Shown: in pieces, positions 1 through 11,403 of the stretch
Position numbering within the stretch: position 1 is the first letter of the stretch
Layout: each line of letters begins with the position of its first letter
Assembly (NCBI GenBank): GCA_044359525.1
Contig: JBIKLY010000006.1
Location: 370 to 64,369 of the forward strand
From: Rhodocyclaceae bacterium
GTDB lineage: Bacteria; Pseudomonadota; Gammaproteobacteria; Burkholderiales; Rhodocyclaceae
Direction: 5' to 3'
Length of the DNA: 64,000 nucleotides
Made by a program: the position numbers and the translations under genes
The notes under the pieces: generated by a model
The model's database searches: none
What the model was told of the DNA's origin: nothing
What the model saw: only the letters and a program-made list of their open reading frames with translations

Positions 1-416
1 TCGCGCTTCAGGATGCGTTCAGCACCTGCCACAGCGAGTTCGGCGACACGGTCACGCAATACTGCGCGTGCCCGCTCCACTTCCTGTTCGATTTCGGCTT
101 TGGCGGCAGCAACCACTTTGTCGGCTTCGACTTTTGCTGTCAGCTTGGCTTCCTCAACCATCTGCGCGCCGCGCTTGTCGGCGCCGGCGATGACTTCGGC
201 TGCTTTTTCCTTGGCCTCACGCAGGGCTTCGGCCGCACGCTTGGCAGCTAGCTCAAGCTCGGTCTTGCCGCGTTCGCCGGCCGCTAGGCCGTCAGCGATC
301 AGTTTTTGGCGATCGGCCATCGCTTTTTGCAGCGGCGGCCAAACGTACTTCATCGTAATCCAGATGAAGATACCAAACCAGATCGCCTGGCCAATCAACG
401 TTGCGTTGATGTCCAC
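1..416 (-). CDS. atpF: ATP synthase F0 subunit b, N-terminal ~138 codons (3' end lies beyond position 1)
   Basis: Reverse-strand translation from GTG (complement of 414-416) reads VDINATLIGQAIWFGIFIWITMKYVWPPLQKAMADRQKLIADGL..., a membrane anchor followed by an Ala/Glu/Lys-rich coiled coil. AGGAGG (complement of 423-428) lies just upstream. It follows atpE in atpIBEF order. The listed + ORF 13..432 is its Ala-rich shadow. Confidence 0.85.
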   Translation of the reverse strand, partial: MDINATLIGQAIWFGIFIWITMKYVWPPLQKAMADRQKLIADGLAAGERGKTELELAAKRAAEALREAKEKAAEVIAGADKRGAQMVEEAKLTAKVEADKVVAAAKAEIEQEVERARAVLRDRVAELAVAGAERILKR

Positions 417-456
417 GCTAACCTCCTGTTAAGAGTTGATCCGAAAGGAGGAGCGA

Positions 457-735
<279 letters not shown>

Positions 736-836
736 CTAGTAAAACGTGCTAAATGGGTCAATCAAACAATAAAAACGTAAATCAAACGGTTAAATCAAAA
801 ACTTGTTCTTACGGTATCCGCGTCTTATCCCTGCGG

Positions 837-2013
<1,177 letters not shown>

Positions 2014-2121
2014 GTCTAACAGAGTCTTATATAAGAATCAAACCGCAGATGCAAAAAAGTCGCTGCGGCATGCCGCATATGCGTTTGGAGTAGTCATCAC
2101 AGCGCATATTGCTGCAGTGCA

Positions 2122-2973
2122 TCAATGGCGCAAACGATCAAGAATTCCCTCAAGCTGGTCCAGATTTCCAAACTCGATCTGCAGCTTTCCGGCGCCTTTT
2201 TTATTGCTGCGAATCTCGACTTGTGCGCCCAGCAGATCGGCCAGCTCGTCCTGCAAGCGCAGCAGATCACGATCCGGCTTCTTCGCCTCGATTTCTTTCG
2301 GCGGTTTCAGGGCGTGCTGAACCAGGCGCTCGGTGTCGCGCACCGAAAGGCCTTTTTGCACTACGCGCTGCGCCAGTTGAACCTGCAGCACGCCCGACAG
2401 TGGCAGCAATGCGCGCGCATGGCCCATATCGATTTCGCTGCGCATCAACAGCTCCTGCACCGGCGCAGCCAGCTGCAACAAGCGCAACAGGTTGGACGCC
2501 GCCGGACGCGAACGCCCCACCGCATCGGCTGCCTGTTGATGCGTCATCGAAAATTCGTCAATCAGGCGCTGCAGGCCGTGCGCTTCTTCCAGCGGATTGA
2601 GATTCTCGCGCTGGATATTCTCGATCAGCGCCATCGCCAGCGCTGATTCATCTGGAATATCGCGGATCAGCGTCGGCACTTCGGCAAGACCGGCGATCTG
2701 CGCCGCACGCCAGCGTCTTTCGCCGGCAATGATCTCGAAGCGGTCGTCACCGAATTTGTCACCTACGGGACGGACAAGAATTGGCTGCATCAGCCCCTGC
2801 GCGCGGATCGATGCGGCCAGCTCTTCGAGCGACGCGGCATCCATCTGCGTGCGCGGCTGGTATTTTCCCGGCTGCAGGCTACCGACCGGCAGCGAGCGTT
2901 GCTGCTCTTTGTTTTGCGCTTCGTTGCCGGCCAGCAGTGCATCGAGGCCGCGCCCAAGTCCCTTCAATTTCAT
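2122..2973 (-). CDS. parB: Chromosome partitioning protein ParB (Spo0J)
   Basis: 283 aa with an N-terminal GLGRGLDALL motif, the ParB box IIAGERRWRAAQIAGL and an HTH region. Its ATG overlaps the parA stop (ATGA at 2970-2973). Confidence 0.95.
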   Translation of the reverse strand: MKLKGLGRGLDALLAGNEAQNKEQQRSLPVGSLQPGKYQPRTQMDAASLEELAASIRAQGLMQPILVRPVGDKFGDDRFEIIAGERRWRAAQIAGLAEVPTLIRDIPDESALAMALIENIQRENLNPLEEAHGLQRLIDEFSMTHQQAADAVGRSRPAASNLLRLLQLAAPVQELLMRSEIDMGHARALLPLSGVLQVQLAQRVVQKGLSVRDTERLVQHALKPPKEIEAKKPDRDLLRLQDELADLLGAQVEIRSNKKGAGKLQIEFGNLDQLEGILDRLRH

Positions 2974-3779
2974 GCTTCTGCTCCCATTGCTGCTTCGGTC
3001 GTATAAGTACCGGTCGTGCCATCGCGCCGATTCAGCATTTCCTGCGCCAGAGAAAGGTAGGCCTGTGCGCCCTTGGAATTACGATCGAAAGAAACCACCG
3101 GCTTGCCGTAAGAAGGCGCCTCGGCCAACCTGACGTTGCGCGGAATGATCGTGCGATACACCTTGTCGCCGAAATGCCCTTCAAGTTCGGCGGACACCTG
3201 TTGTGTCAGTGTCGAACGCGGATCGTACATGGTGCGCAGCAAGCCTTCGATTTCAAGCACCGGATTAAGATTGGCGCGCACTTTCTTCAGCGTTGCCACC
3301 AAATCGGTCAAGCCTTCCAGCGCGTAGTACTCGCACTGCATCGGAATCATCACCGCATCGGCGGCCACCAGGCCATTGACGGTCAACATATTCAGCGCCG
3401 GCGGGCAGTCCATCAGGATGAAGTCATATTCATCATGAATCGTCGCCATCGCCTCACGCAACCGGTACTCGCGCTTGCCCATATCGATCAGGTCAATCTC
3501 GGCACCCGCCAGTTCACGGTTGGCCGGCAGGATATCGAAACCGAATTCCGTTTTGATCCGTGCATCAGCCAGCGTTGAGCGGCCGATCAGGATTTGATAG
3601 ACGCTCGGCAGCGCTTCGCGCTTCATCACACCACAGCCGGTCGTCGCGTTGCCTTGCGGATCAAGGTCGACCATCAGCACGCGTTGGCCAAGTGCAGCGA
3701 GACACGCCGAAAGATTCACTGCGGTCGTCGTTTTACCAACGCCGCCCTTCTGGTTGGTTACCGCCAGTATTTTTGCCAA
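2970..3779 (-). CDS. parA: Chromosome partitioning ATPase ParA (Soj)
   Basis: Deviant Walker A KILAVTNQKGGVGKTTT. The ORF runs to 3812, but TTG at 3779 is preceded by GGAGA and sits one base after the rsmG stop, so the start is uncertain by 11 codons. Confidence 0.92.
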   Translation of the reverse strand: MAKILAVTNQKGGVGKTTTAVNLSACLAALGQRVLMVDLDPQGNATTGCGVMKREALPSVYQILIGRSTLADARIKTEFGFDILPANRELAGAEIDLIDMGKREYRLREAMATIHDEYDFILMDCPPALNMLTVNGLVAADAVMIPMQCEYYALEGLTDLVATLKKVRANLNPVLEIEGLLRTMYDPRSTLTQQVSAELEGHFGDKVYRTIIPRNVRLAEAPSYGKPVVSFDRNSKGAQAYLSLAQEMLNRRDGTTGTYTTEAAMGAEA

Positions 3780-3780
3780 C

Positions 3781-4428
3781 TCAATTCTCCCCCTGGCGCT
3801 GTGCGCCGGCACTTCCCAAGATCACCAGATGACGCTCACCCTCGACGCCAGGTACTTCCAGACGATGCACTGACGCGACCGACACACCTTGCGGCAGACG
3901 TGCGATTTCTTCATGCGGCCAGACACCCTTCATGGCCAGCCAGCGCCCCTCCGGCGCAAGCAACTGCCGCGACAAGCTCACAAAATCCGCCAGCTCGGAA
4001 AAGGCGCGCGAGACAATCGCGGCGAACTTTACCGGTGGCTGATACTGCTCAACGCGCCCACAGTGTACGGCAATATTGCTCAAACCCAACTCAATCGCTG
4101 CCTGCTGCAGGAAAGCCGTTTTCTTCGAGTTACCGTCGAGCAGCGTGACGCGCAGCTCCGGCCGGACAATCGCCAACGGAATCCCCGGCTGGCCACCACC
4201 ACTGCCGACATCAAGCAGCGAATCGAATTTCACGTAAGGCAGAATCGCCAGCGAATCGAGCAGATGATGGCTAACGGCCATGGCAGGGTCACGCAAGGCG
4301 GTCAGGGCAAACGTCTTGTTCCACTTCTGCAGCAGGGCCAGATAGGCGAGCAGTTTCTCTTGTGTCGCTGCCGGAAAATCAACGCCGAGCGCCGTCAGCC
4401 CCTGTGACAATTGCATCGCCTGATCCAT
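3781..4428 (-). CDS. rsmG: 16S rRNA (guanine527-N7)-methyltransferase RsmG (GidB)
   Basis: 215 aa with [13 protein letters not shown] and the SAM motif [17 protein letters not shown]. Conserved position between mnmG and parA. Confidence 0.93.
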   Translation of the reverse strand: MDQAMQLSQGLTALGVDFPAATQEKLLAYLALLQKWNKTFALTALRDPAMAVSHHLLDSLAILPYVKFDSLLDVGSGGGQPGIPLAIVRPELRVTLLDGNSKKTAFLQQAAIELGLSNIAVHCGRVEQYQPPVKFAAIVSRAFSELADFVSLSRQLLAPEGRWLAMKGVWPHEEIARLPQGVSVASVHRLEVPGVEGERHLVILGSAGAQRQGEN

Positions 4429-6326
4429 CAGGCACTCGCACGCTGGGCATCGAGCGCACCGCGTTTCAGATAGACCAGCAGCATCGAAATCGCCGCCGGC
4501 GTAATCCCCTGAATGCGCGAGGCTTGACCAATCGTCTGCGGCCGATGCAGGGCAAGCTTCTGTTGCACCTCCTTCGACAAGCCGCCGACCTGGCTGTAGT
4601 CAAAATCATCCGGCAAGCGCGCTTCTTCGTTGGCCAGGCTCTTCGCTACCTCGTCCAGCTGACGGTCAATGTAGCCCTGATACTTCGCCTGAATCTCGAC
4701 CTGCTCGACAACCTGCGGATCAAGCAAACTGGTCTCTTCGCCAATCTGCAACGTCATCAGCGCCGCGTGATCGACATCCGGTCGGCGCAGCAAGTCATGC
4801 AGCGTGTATTCACGCTCAAGCGGCTTGCCCAGCACACGCGTCGCATCTTCGGCACTCACTTTCGACGGGTGCACCCAAGTCGAGCGCAGACGCTCCTGCT
4901 CGCGGGCAATCGCCTCGCGCTTGGCACTGAACGCCGCCCAGCGCACATCGTCGACCAGCCCGAGGCGGCGGCCATGCTCGGTCAAACGCAGATCGGCATT
5001 GTCTTCACGCAGCGAAAGGCGATACTCGGCACGACTGGTGAACATGCGGTAAGGCTCGGCGACGCCACGCGTGATCAGGTCATCGACCAGCACGCCCAGA
5101 TAGGCCTCGTCACGGCGTGGCGACCAGGGATCACGCGCCTGTACCTGCAGCGCAGCATTGGCGCCGGCCAGCAGGCCTTGCGCAGCGGCCTCTTCGTAGC
5201 CCGTCGTGCCATTGATCTGGCCGGCAAAAAACAAGCCAGCTATCGTCTTCGTCTCGAAGGTATTTTTCAGGCCGCGCGGATCGAAATAATCGTATTCGAT
5301 GGCGTAGCCGGGGCGCAGGATGTGGCAGTTTTCCATGCCGCGAATCGAGCGCACGATCTCCAGTTGCACGTCGAACGGCAGGCTGGTAGAAATCCCGTTC
5401 GGATAGATTTCGTGCGTCGTCAGCCCTTCCGGTTCAAGAAAAACGTTGTGGCTATCCTTCGCTGCAAAGCGGTGGATCTTGTCTTCAATCGACGGGCAAT
5501 AGCGCGGCCCGACGCCCTCGATGACGCCGGTGTACATCGGCGAGCGATCGAGGTTGGCGCGGATGATGTCGTGCGTGCGTGCGTTGGTGTTGGTCACCCA
5601 GCACGGCAACTGGCGCGGATGCTGCGCCGCATTGCCGAGGTAGGAGAAGACGGGCAGCGGATCGTCCGAATGCTGCTGCTCCATCACCGAGAAATCGATC
5701 GTCTTGCCGTCGAGGCGCGGCGGCGTACCGGTCTTCAGCCGGCCGACCGGCAAAGCGAGTTCGCGTAAGCGTGCAGCGAGCGACATCGACGGTGGATCGC
5801 CCATGCGGCCGCCGGTGTAATTCTGCAGGCCAACGTGGATCAGGCCATTGAGAAACGTCCCCGCCGTCAGCACCACGGCGCGCGCCGAAAAACGCACGCC
5901 GAGCTGGGTAACCGCACCGACCACGCGGTCGCCATCAATAATCAGGTCGTCGCAAGCCTGCGCGAAAAGGGTCAGATTCGGCTGGTTCTCCAGACGCGTG
6001 CGAATCGCCTGCTTGTACAGCACGCGGTCGGCCTGCACCCGCGTTGCGCGCACCGCCGGGCCCTTGCTCGAATTGAGGATGCGAAACTGGATGCCAGCCT
6101 CGTCGGTCGCCGCCGCCATGGCGCCGCCAAGCGCATCGACTTCCTTGACCAGATGCCCCTTGCCGATGCCGCCAATCGACGGATTGCAGCTCATCGCGCC
6201 GAGCGTTTCGATGTTGTGGGTCAGCAGCAGCGTCTTCGCGCCCATGCGTGCACTGGCGAGCGCCGCCTCGGTGCCGGCGTGGCCGCCACCGACAACAATG
6301 ACGTCGAACCGGTCAGGATACTGCAT
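4428..6326 (-). CDS. mnmG: tRNA uridine 5-carboxymethylaminomethyl modification enzyme MnmG (GidA)
   Basis: 632 aa with the FAD motif [15 protein letters not shown] and the conserved blocks [18 protein letters not shown] and [11 protein letters not shown]. Confidence 0.97.
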   Translation of the reverse strand: MQYPDRFDVIVVGGGHAGTEAALASARMGAKTLLLTHNIETLGAMSCNPSIGGIGKGHLVKEVDALGGAMAAATDEAGIQFRILNSSKGPAVRATRVQADRVLYKQAIRTRLENQPNLTLFAQACDDLIIDGDRVVGAVTQLGVRFSARAVVLTAGTFLNGLIHVGLQNYTGGRMGDPPSMSLAARLRELALPVGRLKTGTPPRLDGKTIDFSVMEQQHSDDPLPVFSYLGNAAQHPRQLPCWVTNTNARTHDIIRANLDRSPMYTGVIEGVGPRYCPSIEDKIHRFAAKDSHNVFLEPEGLTTHEIYPNGISTSLPFDVQLEIVRSIRGMENCHILRPGYAIEYDYFDPRGLKNTFETKTIAGLFFAGQINGTTGYEEAAAQGLLAGANAALQVQARDPWSPRRDEAYLGVLVDDLITRGVAEPYRMFTSRAEYRLSLREDNADLRLTEHGRRLGLVDDVRWAAFSAKREAIAREQERLRSTWVHPSKVSAEDATRVLGKPLEREYTLHDLLRRPDVDHAALMTLQIGEETSLLDPQVVEQVEIQAKYQGYIDRQLDEVAKSLANEEARLPDDFDYSQVGGLSKEVQQKLALHRPQTIGQASRIQGITPAAISMLLVYLKRGALDAQRASA

Positions 6327-6483
6327 GGGGAGTCTGCGCAGCCGTGAAGGGCTGGAAAGGCTGAAAGGAGGAGAATTTTACGCCAGTTCGCTGAAAAGTA
6401 ACAGGTTTTTGACGGATTTGAGTCCCCCCGAAAGCACGTTCGGCCCACCCTCGCCTCCGAATGCAAGCACTGACGTTGCAATG

Positions 6484-6520
6484 ATAGTCATGGGCTATTG
6501 ATAATATCAAAACAATCAAT
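6484..6520. promoter_or_regulatory. OxyR-type operator upstream of ahpC (ATAG-N7-CTAT-N7-ATCA-N7-CAAT)
   Basis: ATAGtcatgggCTATtgataatATCAaaacaatCAAT lies 76 bp upstream of the ahpC ATG. It has the spacing of the E. coli OxyR consensus ATAGnt-N5-anCTAT-N7-ATAGnt-N5-anCTAT. A near-identical architecture occurs at 42465..42501 upstream of dps. Confidence 0.45.
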
Positions 6521-6595
6521 TGGAGTAATTTAACCACCAGCCCTAACATTCACTCGTCGCATCACTTTATCGACCAAAACCAAGGAGAGCACACC

Positions 6596-7162
6596 ATGAA
6601 AACCCTGATCAATACCGAAGTCCTCCCGTTCAACGCCACCGCCTACCACGACGGCAAATTCGTCCCTGTTTCCGACGCTGACCTGAAGGGCAAGTGGTCA
6701 GTGGTCTTCTTCTACCCGGCCGACTTCACTTTTGTCTGTCCGACCGAGTTGGGCGATCTGGCCGACAACTACGCCGAATTCCAGAAGATGGGCGTTGAAA
6801 TCTACTCGGTCTCGACCGACACGCATTTCACGCACAAGGCGTGGCATGACGGCTCCGACACCATCCGGAAAATCCAGTACCCGATGGTTGGCGACCCGAC
6901 CGGCACGATCAGCCGCAACTTCGGCGTGATGATCGAGGAAGCCGGGCTGGCCGAGCGAGGTACCTTCGTGATCGACCCGCAAGGCCGCATCCAGATCATC
7001 GAAGTGAACGCCGGTGGTATTGGCCGCGATGCTTCCGAACTGCTGCGCAAGGTCAAGGCTGCACAGTACGTCGCGACGCACCCCGGCGAAGTCTGCCCGG
7101 CCAAGTGGCACGAAGGTGACGCCACGCTTGCGCCTTCGCTTGATCTGGTTGGCAAAATTTAA
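6596..7162 (+). CDS. ahpC: Alkyl hydroperoxide reductase subunit C (2-Cys peroxiredoxin)
   Basis: 188 aa with the peroxidatic Cys motif FTFVCPTEL and the resolving Cys EVCPAKW. AGGAGA RBS upstream. Confidence 0.97.
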   Translation: MKTLINTEVLPFNATAYHDGKFVPVSDADLKGKWSVVFFYPADFTFVCPTELGDLADNYAEFQKMGVEIYSVSTDTHFTHKAWHDGSDTIRKIQYPMVGDPTGTISRNFGVMIEEAGLAERGTFVIDPQGRIQIIEVNAGGIGRDASELLRKVKAAQYVATHPGEVCPAKWHEGDATLAPSLDLVGKI

Positions 7163-7174
7163 GGCGAAGCGGAA

Positions 7175-7201
7175 CCAGGGCGGGCACAGTGCCCGCCCTG
7201 G
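7175..7201 (+). terminator. GC-rich hairpin between ahpC and ahpF (probable partial terminator/attenuator)
   Basis: CCAGGGCGGGCAC-A-GTGCCCGCCCTGG, a near-perfect 13-nt inverted repeat 12 nt after the ahpC stop. The downstream sequence is T-rich (TTGATCCAAATTTTT). Confidence 0.5.
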
Positions 7202-7234
7202 TTGATCCAAATTTTTGTAGCAGGGAGAAACAAC

Positions 7235-8794
7235 ATGCTCGACACCGCCATCAAGACCCAGCTCACGGCTTACCTCGAAAAGCTGCAGCAGCCGATCGAA
7301 CTCGTCGCCTCTTTCGACGACAGCGCCAAGGCGCAGGAAATGCGCGCCCTGCTGATCGACATCGCGGCCCTGTCGCCGAAGGTCAGCCTGCGTGAAAACG
7401 GCGATGCCGCGCTCAGGCCGTCGTTCGCCATCGGCCGCCCCGGCGAGGAAGCACGCATCCGCTTTGCCGGCATCCCGATGGGCCACGAATTCACTTCACT
7501 GGTGCTCGCCCTGCTGCAGACCGGCGGCCATCCGCCCAAGGTCGACACCGAGGTGATCGAGCAGATTCGCACCCTGCCCGGCAAGTTTCATTTCGAGACC
7601 TTCATCTCGCTGTCGTGCCACAACTGCCCGGATGTGGTGCAGGCGCTCAACCTGATGGCGGTGCTCAATCCCGGCGTGAGCAGCGTGATGATCGACGGCG
7701 CGATGTTTCAGGACGAGGTCAACAAGCGCAAGATCATGGCCGTGCCTACCGTCTTTCTGAATGGCGAACCGTTCGGCCAGGGACGCATGACGATCGAGGA
7801 AATCATCGCCAAGGTCGATACCGGCGCCGTGGCCCGCGAGGCGGAGAAAATCGACGCACGTGCGCCATTCGACGTACTCATTGTCGGCGGTGGCCCGGCC
7901 GGCGCTGCGGCGGCGATCTACGCCGCACGCAAAGGAATCCGTACCGGCGTGGTGGCCGAGCGTTTTGGCGGTCAGGTGCTCGATACGATGGCCATCGAGA
8001 ACTTCATTTCAGTTCAGGCAACTGACGGCCCGAAACTCGCGGCCGCACTTGAGCAGCACGTCAAGGAATACGAAGTCGACATCATGAACCTGCAACGCGC
8101 TGAGGCATTGACTCCCGGCGTGAACAACGGTTTGCATGAAATCCGACTGGCCAGCGGCGCCGTACTCAGGAGCAAAACGGTCATTATCTCGACCGGCGCG
8201 CGTTGGCGCGAGATGAACGTTCCCGGTGAGCAGGAATACCGCGGCCGCGGCGTCGCCTACTGCCCGCACTGCGACGGCCCGCTGTTCAAGGGCAAGCGCG
8301 TCGCGGTGATCGGCGGCGGCAACTCGGGGGTCGAAGCGGCAATCGATCTGGCCGGTATTGTCGGTCATGTCACGCTGCTCGAATTTGACAGCACGCTGCG
8401 CGCCGACGCGGTGCTGCAGAAAAAGCTGTTCAGCCTGGCCAATGTCACGGTCATCACGTCGGCACTCACCACCGAAGTGAGGGGTAATGGCGAAAAGGTG
8501 AATGCGCTGGTTTACAAAGATCGCATTGGCGGGGAGTCTCATGAAGTCGCGCTTGCAGGCATCTTCGTGCAGATCGGCCTGTTGCCCAATACCGACTGGC
8601 TCAAGGGCACGCTCGCCGTGTCGCCGCGCGGCGAGATCGAGGTCGATGCGCGCGGACAGACTTCGCTACCCGGCGTGTTCGCTGCCGGCGACGCAACGAC
8701 CGTGCCCTACAAGCAGATCATCATTGCCATGGGCGAAGGATCCAAAGCGGCGCTGAGCGCCTTCGACCACCTGATTCGCAGTTCAGTGATGTAA
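7235..8794 (+). CDS. ahpF: Alkyl hydroperoxide reductase subunit F
   Basis: ORF 7202..8794. I start it at ATG 7235 ([10 protein letters not shown]), which follows AGGGAGA. It has the N-terminal CHNCPDVV redox centre, the CPHCDG disulfide and two GxGxxG dinucleotide folds. Confidence 0.95.
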   Translation: MLDTAIKTQLTAYLEKLQQPIELVASFDDSAKAQEMRALLIDIAALSPKVSLRENGDAALRPSFAIGRPGEEARIRFAGIPMGHEFTSLVLALLQTGGHPPKVDTEVIEQIRTLPGKFHFETFISLSCHNCPDVVQALNLMAVLNPGVSSVMIDGAMFQDEVNKRKIMAVPTVFLNGEPFGQGRMTIEEIIAKVDTGAVAREAEKIDARAPFDVLIVGGGPAGAAAAIYAARKGIRTGVVAERFGGQVLDTMAIENFISVQATDGPKLAAALEQHVKEYEVDIMNLQRAEALTPGVNNGLHEIRLASGAVLRSKTVIISTGARWREMNVPGEQEYRGRGVAYCPHCDGPLFKGKRVAVIGGGNSGVEAAIDLAGIVGHVTLLEFDSTLRADAVLQKKLFSLANVTVITSALTTEVRGNGEKVNALVYKDRIGGESHEVALAGIFVQIGLLPNTDWLKGTLAVSPRGEIEVDARGQTSLPGVFAAGDATTVPYKQIIIAMGEGSKAALSAFDHLIRSSVM

Positions 8795-8881
8795 AGTCGC
8801 TGGACAACGTCTTGATCGGCTCCGCACCAACAAACACCACAAAATCGCACATATCCGATTTTCTTGTCTATAATCAGCGGC

Positions 8882-9589
8882 ATGAATACAGTCATCCAGC
8901 TCAACGACTCCGAAGACAAAACGCTGCGGCAGAGAACCTTCCGCAAGCAATTTGCCGATAACCTCAACGCGGCGCTTGATCGGCGCGGCGCGATTCCCTC
9001 CGGCTACGGGCGGGTAATCGCCGTCGCCGAATTGTTCGGTGTCAGCCAGAACACGGCGGCCAACTGGGTAAAAGGCGAAGGCGTGCCGGAGATGTTCCGC
9101 CTGCCGGAAATCGCCGAGGCTTTATGCACGACAGTTGAGCAACTGGTCGCAGGCGACCACGGGACAGGCACGCAGGTGATCGATGAACGCTACGCGGTTG
9201 TCGATGTGCATGAAGACGATACGCAAGATGGCCACACGTGGTACACGCTGCCCGAGACTTTGCGCACGATGGGTCTGCCGCGTGACATCAAGATGCTGCA
9301 AATCGCAACAGACGACATGTCGCCCTATGTAAATCATGGCGATCTGGTGATTTACGATCCGCGTGTCAATCGCATTCAATCCAACGGCGTGTTCGTTCTC
9401 CAGAGCGGCGGGCGCTACATCGTTCGTCGCGCGCAGCGGGGCATCAAGCAGAGCATTCGCTTGATCTGCGACAACACGCTGTTTGGCGATGAGACGCTCA
9501 GCGAGTCGGATTTTGCCGAATCCGACAGAGGCGATGGTCGCGTCGTAGTGATCGGCCATGTTGTCGGGCGCCTGCTTACCGGCTCCTAA
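8882..9589 (+). CDS. cI/LexA-like transcriptional repressor (XRE-type HTH + S24 peptidase domain)
   Basis: N-terminal HTH (IAVAELFGVSQNTAANWVKGEGVP). The C-terminal S24-like segment reads MLQIATDDMSPYVNHGDLVIYDP...GVFVLQSGGRYIVRR. The ATG at 8882 is preferred over TTG at 8864. Confidence 0.8.
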   Translation: MNTVIQLNDSEDKTLRQRTFRKQFADNLNAALDRRGAIPSGYGRVIAVAELFGVSQNTAANWVKGEGVPEMFRLPEIAEALCTTVEQLVAGDHGTGTQVIDERYAVVDVHEDDTQDGHTWYTLPETLRTMGLPRDIKMLQIATDDMSPYVNHGDLVIYDPRVNRIQSNGVFVLQSGGRYIVRRAQRGIKQSIRLICDNTLFGDETLSESDFAESDRGDGRVVVIGHVVGRLLTGS

Positions 9590-9638
9590 GCAGCCCCGGT
9601 GCTTGATCTGTAGCTGATGGTGGCGTAAGGTTGCCACC

Positions 9639-11366
9639 ATGAGCAAGCCTGAGCCCACCAGCACCGCAGAATATCTACAGAGCCTCGGTAAGGAGTTGGC
9701 GCGCAAGCGTGTGCTGCTTATCGACCGCCACCCGAGCGCGCGCAATTCCCTGCGCATCATGCTTTCCAGCCTCGACATCAGCGCGGTGCACAATGCCGGA
9801 ACCACCGCCGAGGTGCTGCGCCAGGTCAAGGCAAACCGATTTGACATTCTCTTGTCGGACTACATTCTTGATGATGGCCGGGACGGTCAGCAGCTCCTGG
9901 AAGAGCTACGCCAGCAACACCTCATCTCCTTATCCACGGTATTCATCATCATCACCAGTGAGCGGGCTTACCACAACGTCGTTTCAGTTGCCGAGCTCGG
10001 GCCGGATGATTATCTGATCAAGCCTTTCACCGCTGACCAGCTGCAAGGCCGGCTGGTACGCGCCGTTTATAAAAAGCAGTTCTTCGGGAAGGTCTACGAA
10101 CACCTCGACAACGGCTCCTTCGTCGAGGCGCTCGCGGCCTGCGAGGTTCTGATCGGACGCGACGGCGGCTTTCTCTACGATACGCTGCGTCTCAAGGGAG
10201 AGATTCTCAACGCGCTTGGTCGCTACGATGAAGCCCAGACGGTGTATCAGCAGGTACTTGAGAACCGTATGGTGCCGTGGGCACGCATGGGCCTGGCGAT
10301 TGCGCTACGCGGGCAGGAGCAGCTGGTTGAGGCGGAGGCGCTTGGCGAGTCGATTGTCGAGGACTTCCCCGAATACCTGGCAGCCTATGACTTCGTCGCC
10401 GGTGTTCGCGAGGAAATGGGCAAACTCGCCGAAGCGCAGGAGATGTTGCACCAGGCCGCCGTAATCTCGCCGAACAACTCGCTGCGCCAACGCATGGTCG
10501 GCGATGTAGCGGTGCGCAACGACGATCTGGATGCCGCAGAAAAAGCGTACGGCAAAGTGCTCGACCGCCATCGCGGATCCTCGCTCAAAAATATCGATGA
10601 CTACACCAATCTCTCGCGGGTGATGCTTGATCGAGGGCACACCGAAGGCGCCAAAAAAGTATCGCAGGAACTACGCCGTGACTGGCGCGGCAGCAAGCAG
10701 GGAGAACTGGCTGCGCTGGTTATGGAAAGCCTGTGTGCCGAAAAGGAAGGCGAACCGGCAAAAGCCAAGCAGGCGCTGGATAAGGCACTCACCCTGCAAA
10801 ACGCCCTGCAGGCCGAAGGAAAAGAAGGAAGCGTCTCGCAAAAACTGTCGGTCGATCTGGCACGGGCCTGCCTGGCCAGCGGTGACGAAGCTACCGCACA
10901 GGAAATTCTGCGCAAGGTTGCGGCAGAGAACCACGAAGACCGAAGCATGATCGCGCATATTCAGGGCGTGTTTGCAAAAACCGGCAACGAAGCAGCCGGC
11001 CAGGCGCTTCTCGCCCAGGTTGGCAAAGAGATTGTCGAGCTCAACAATCGTGGCGTGCTGGCAGCGCGCAGTGGTGACCTTGAGGCCTCGGTGCAGCTGC
11101 TAATCGAAGCCGCCGAGCGCGTTCCCAACCTGCAGTTTCTGGTCAACGCCACAAAAGCGATTTTTACCCTGCTTGAACGCAAGGGCTGGGACGAGGAAAT
11201 GGCTGAACGTGGCCTGCGCTACCTGCAAATGGCGCAGACAAAGGACATGCGCAACGCCCGGGTGGTTTCGGCACGAGAGCTCTACCAGCGCGCGGCGCGC
11301 AAATTCGGAATCGCTATCGTCCCGCTCGGCGGCATGCGCGGCGACGGTGCATCAAGCGCTGCCTAA
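9639..11366 (+). CDS. Response regulator receiver domain fused to TPR repeats
   Basis: REC domain (VLLIDRHPS...ILLSDYILDDGRDG...DYLIKPF) followed by about 400 aa of helical TPR-like repeats. No DNA-binding output domain is visible. Confidence 0.85.
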   Translation: MSKPEPTSTAEYLQSLGKELARKRVLLIDRHPSARNSLRIMLSSLDISAVHNAGTTAEVLRQVKANRFDILLSDYILDDGRDGQQLLEELRQQHLISLSTVFIIITSERAYHNVVSVAELGPDDYLIKPFTADQLQGRLVRAVYKKQFFGKVYEHLDNGSFVEALAACEVLIGRDGGFLYDTLRLKGEILNALGRYDEAQTVYQQVLENRMVPWARMGLAIALRGQEQLVEAEALGESIVEDFPEYLAAYDFVAGVREEMGKLAEAQEMLHQAAVISPNNSLRQRMVGDVAVRNDDLDAAEKAYGKVLDRHRGSSLKNIDDYTNLSRVMLDRGHTEGAKKVSQELRRDWRGSKQGELAALVMESLCAEKEGEPAKAKQALDKALTLQNALQAEGKEGSVSQKLSVDLARACLASGDEATAQEILRKVAAENHEDRSMIAHIQGVFAKTGNEAAGQALLAQVGKEIVELNNRGVLAARSGDLEASVQLLIEAAERVPNLQFLVNATKAIFTLLERKGWDEEMAERGLRYLQMAQTKDMRNARVVSARELYQRAARKFGIAIVPLGGMRGDGASSAA

Positions 11367-11403
11367 AAGCGTTTCATCAACCACGTAGAAACAACGGCTG
11401 GCA

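Noticed and set aside
13-432. 139-aa + strand ORF, very Ala/Ser/Arg-rich
   Set aside because: It is the antisense shadow of atpF. The minus strand gives a textbook subunit b sequence with an AGGAGG RBS.
4362-5768. 468-aa + strand ORF
   Set aside because: It lies entirely antisense to mnmG. It is Arg/Ala-rich with no motifs, a typical long shadow ORF in GC-rich DNA.
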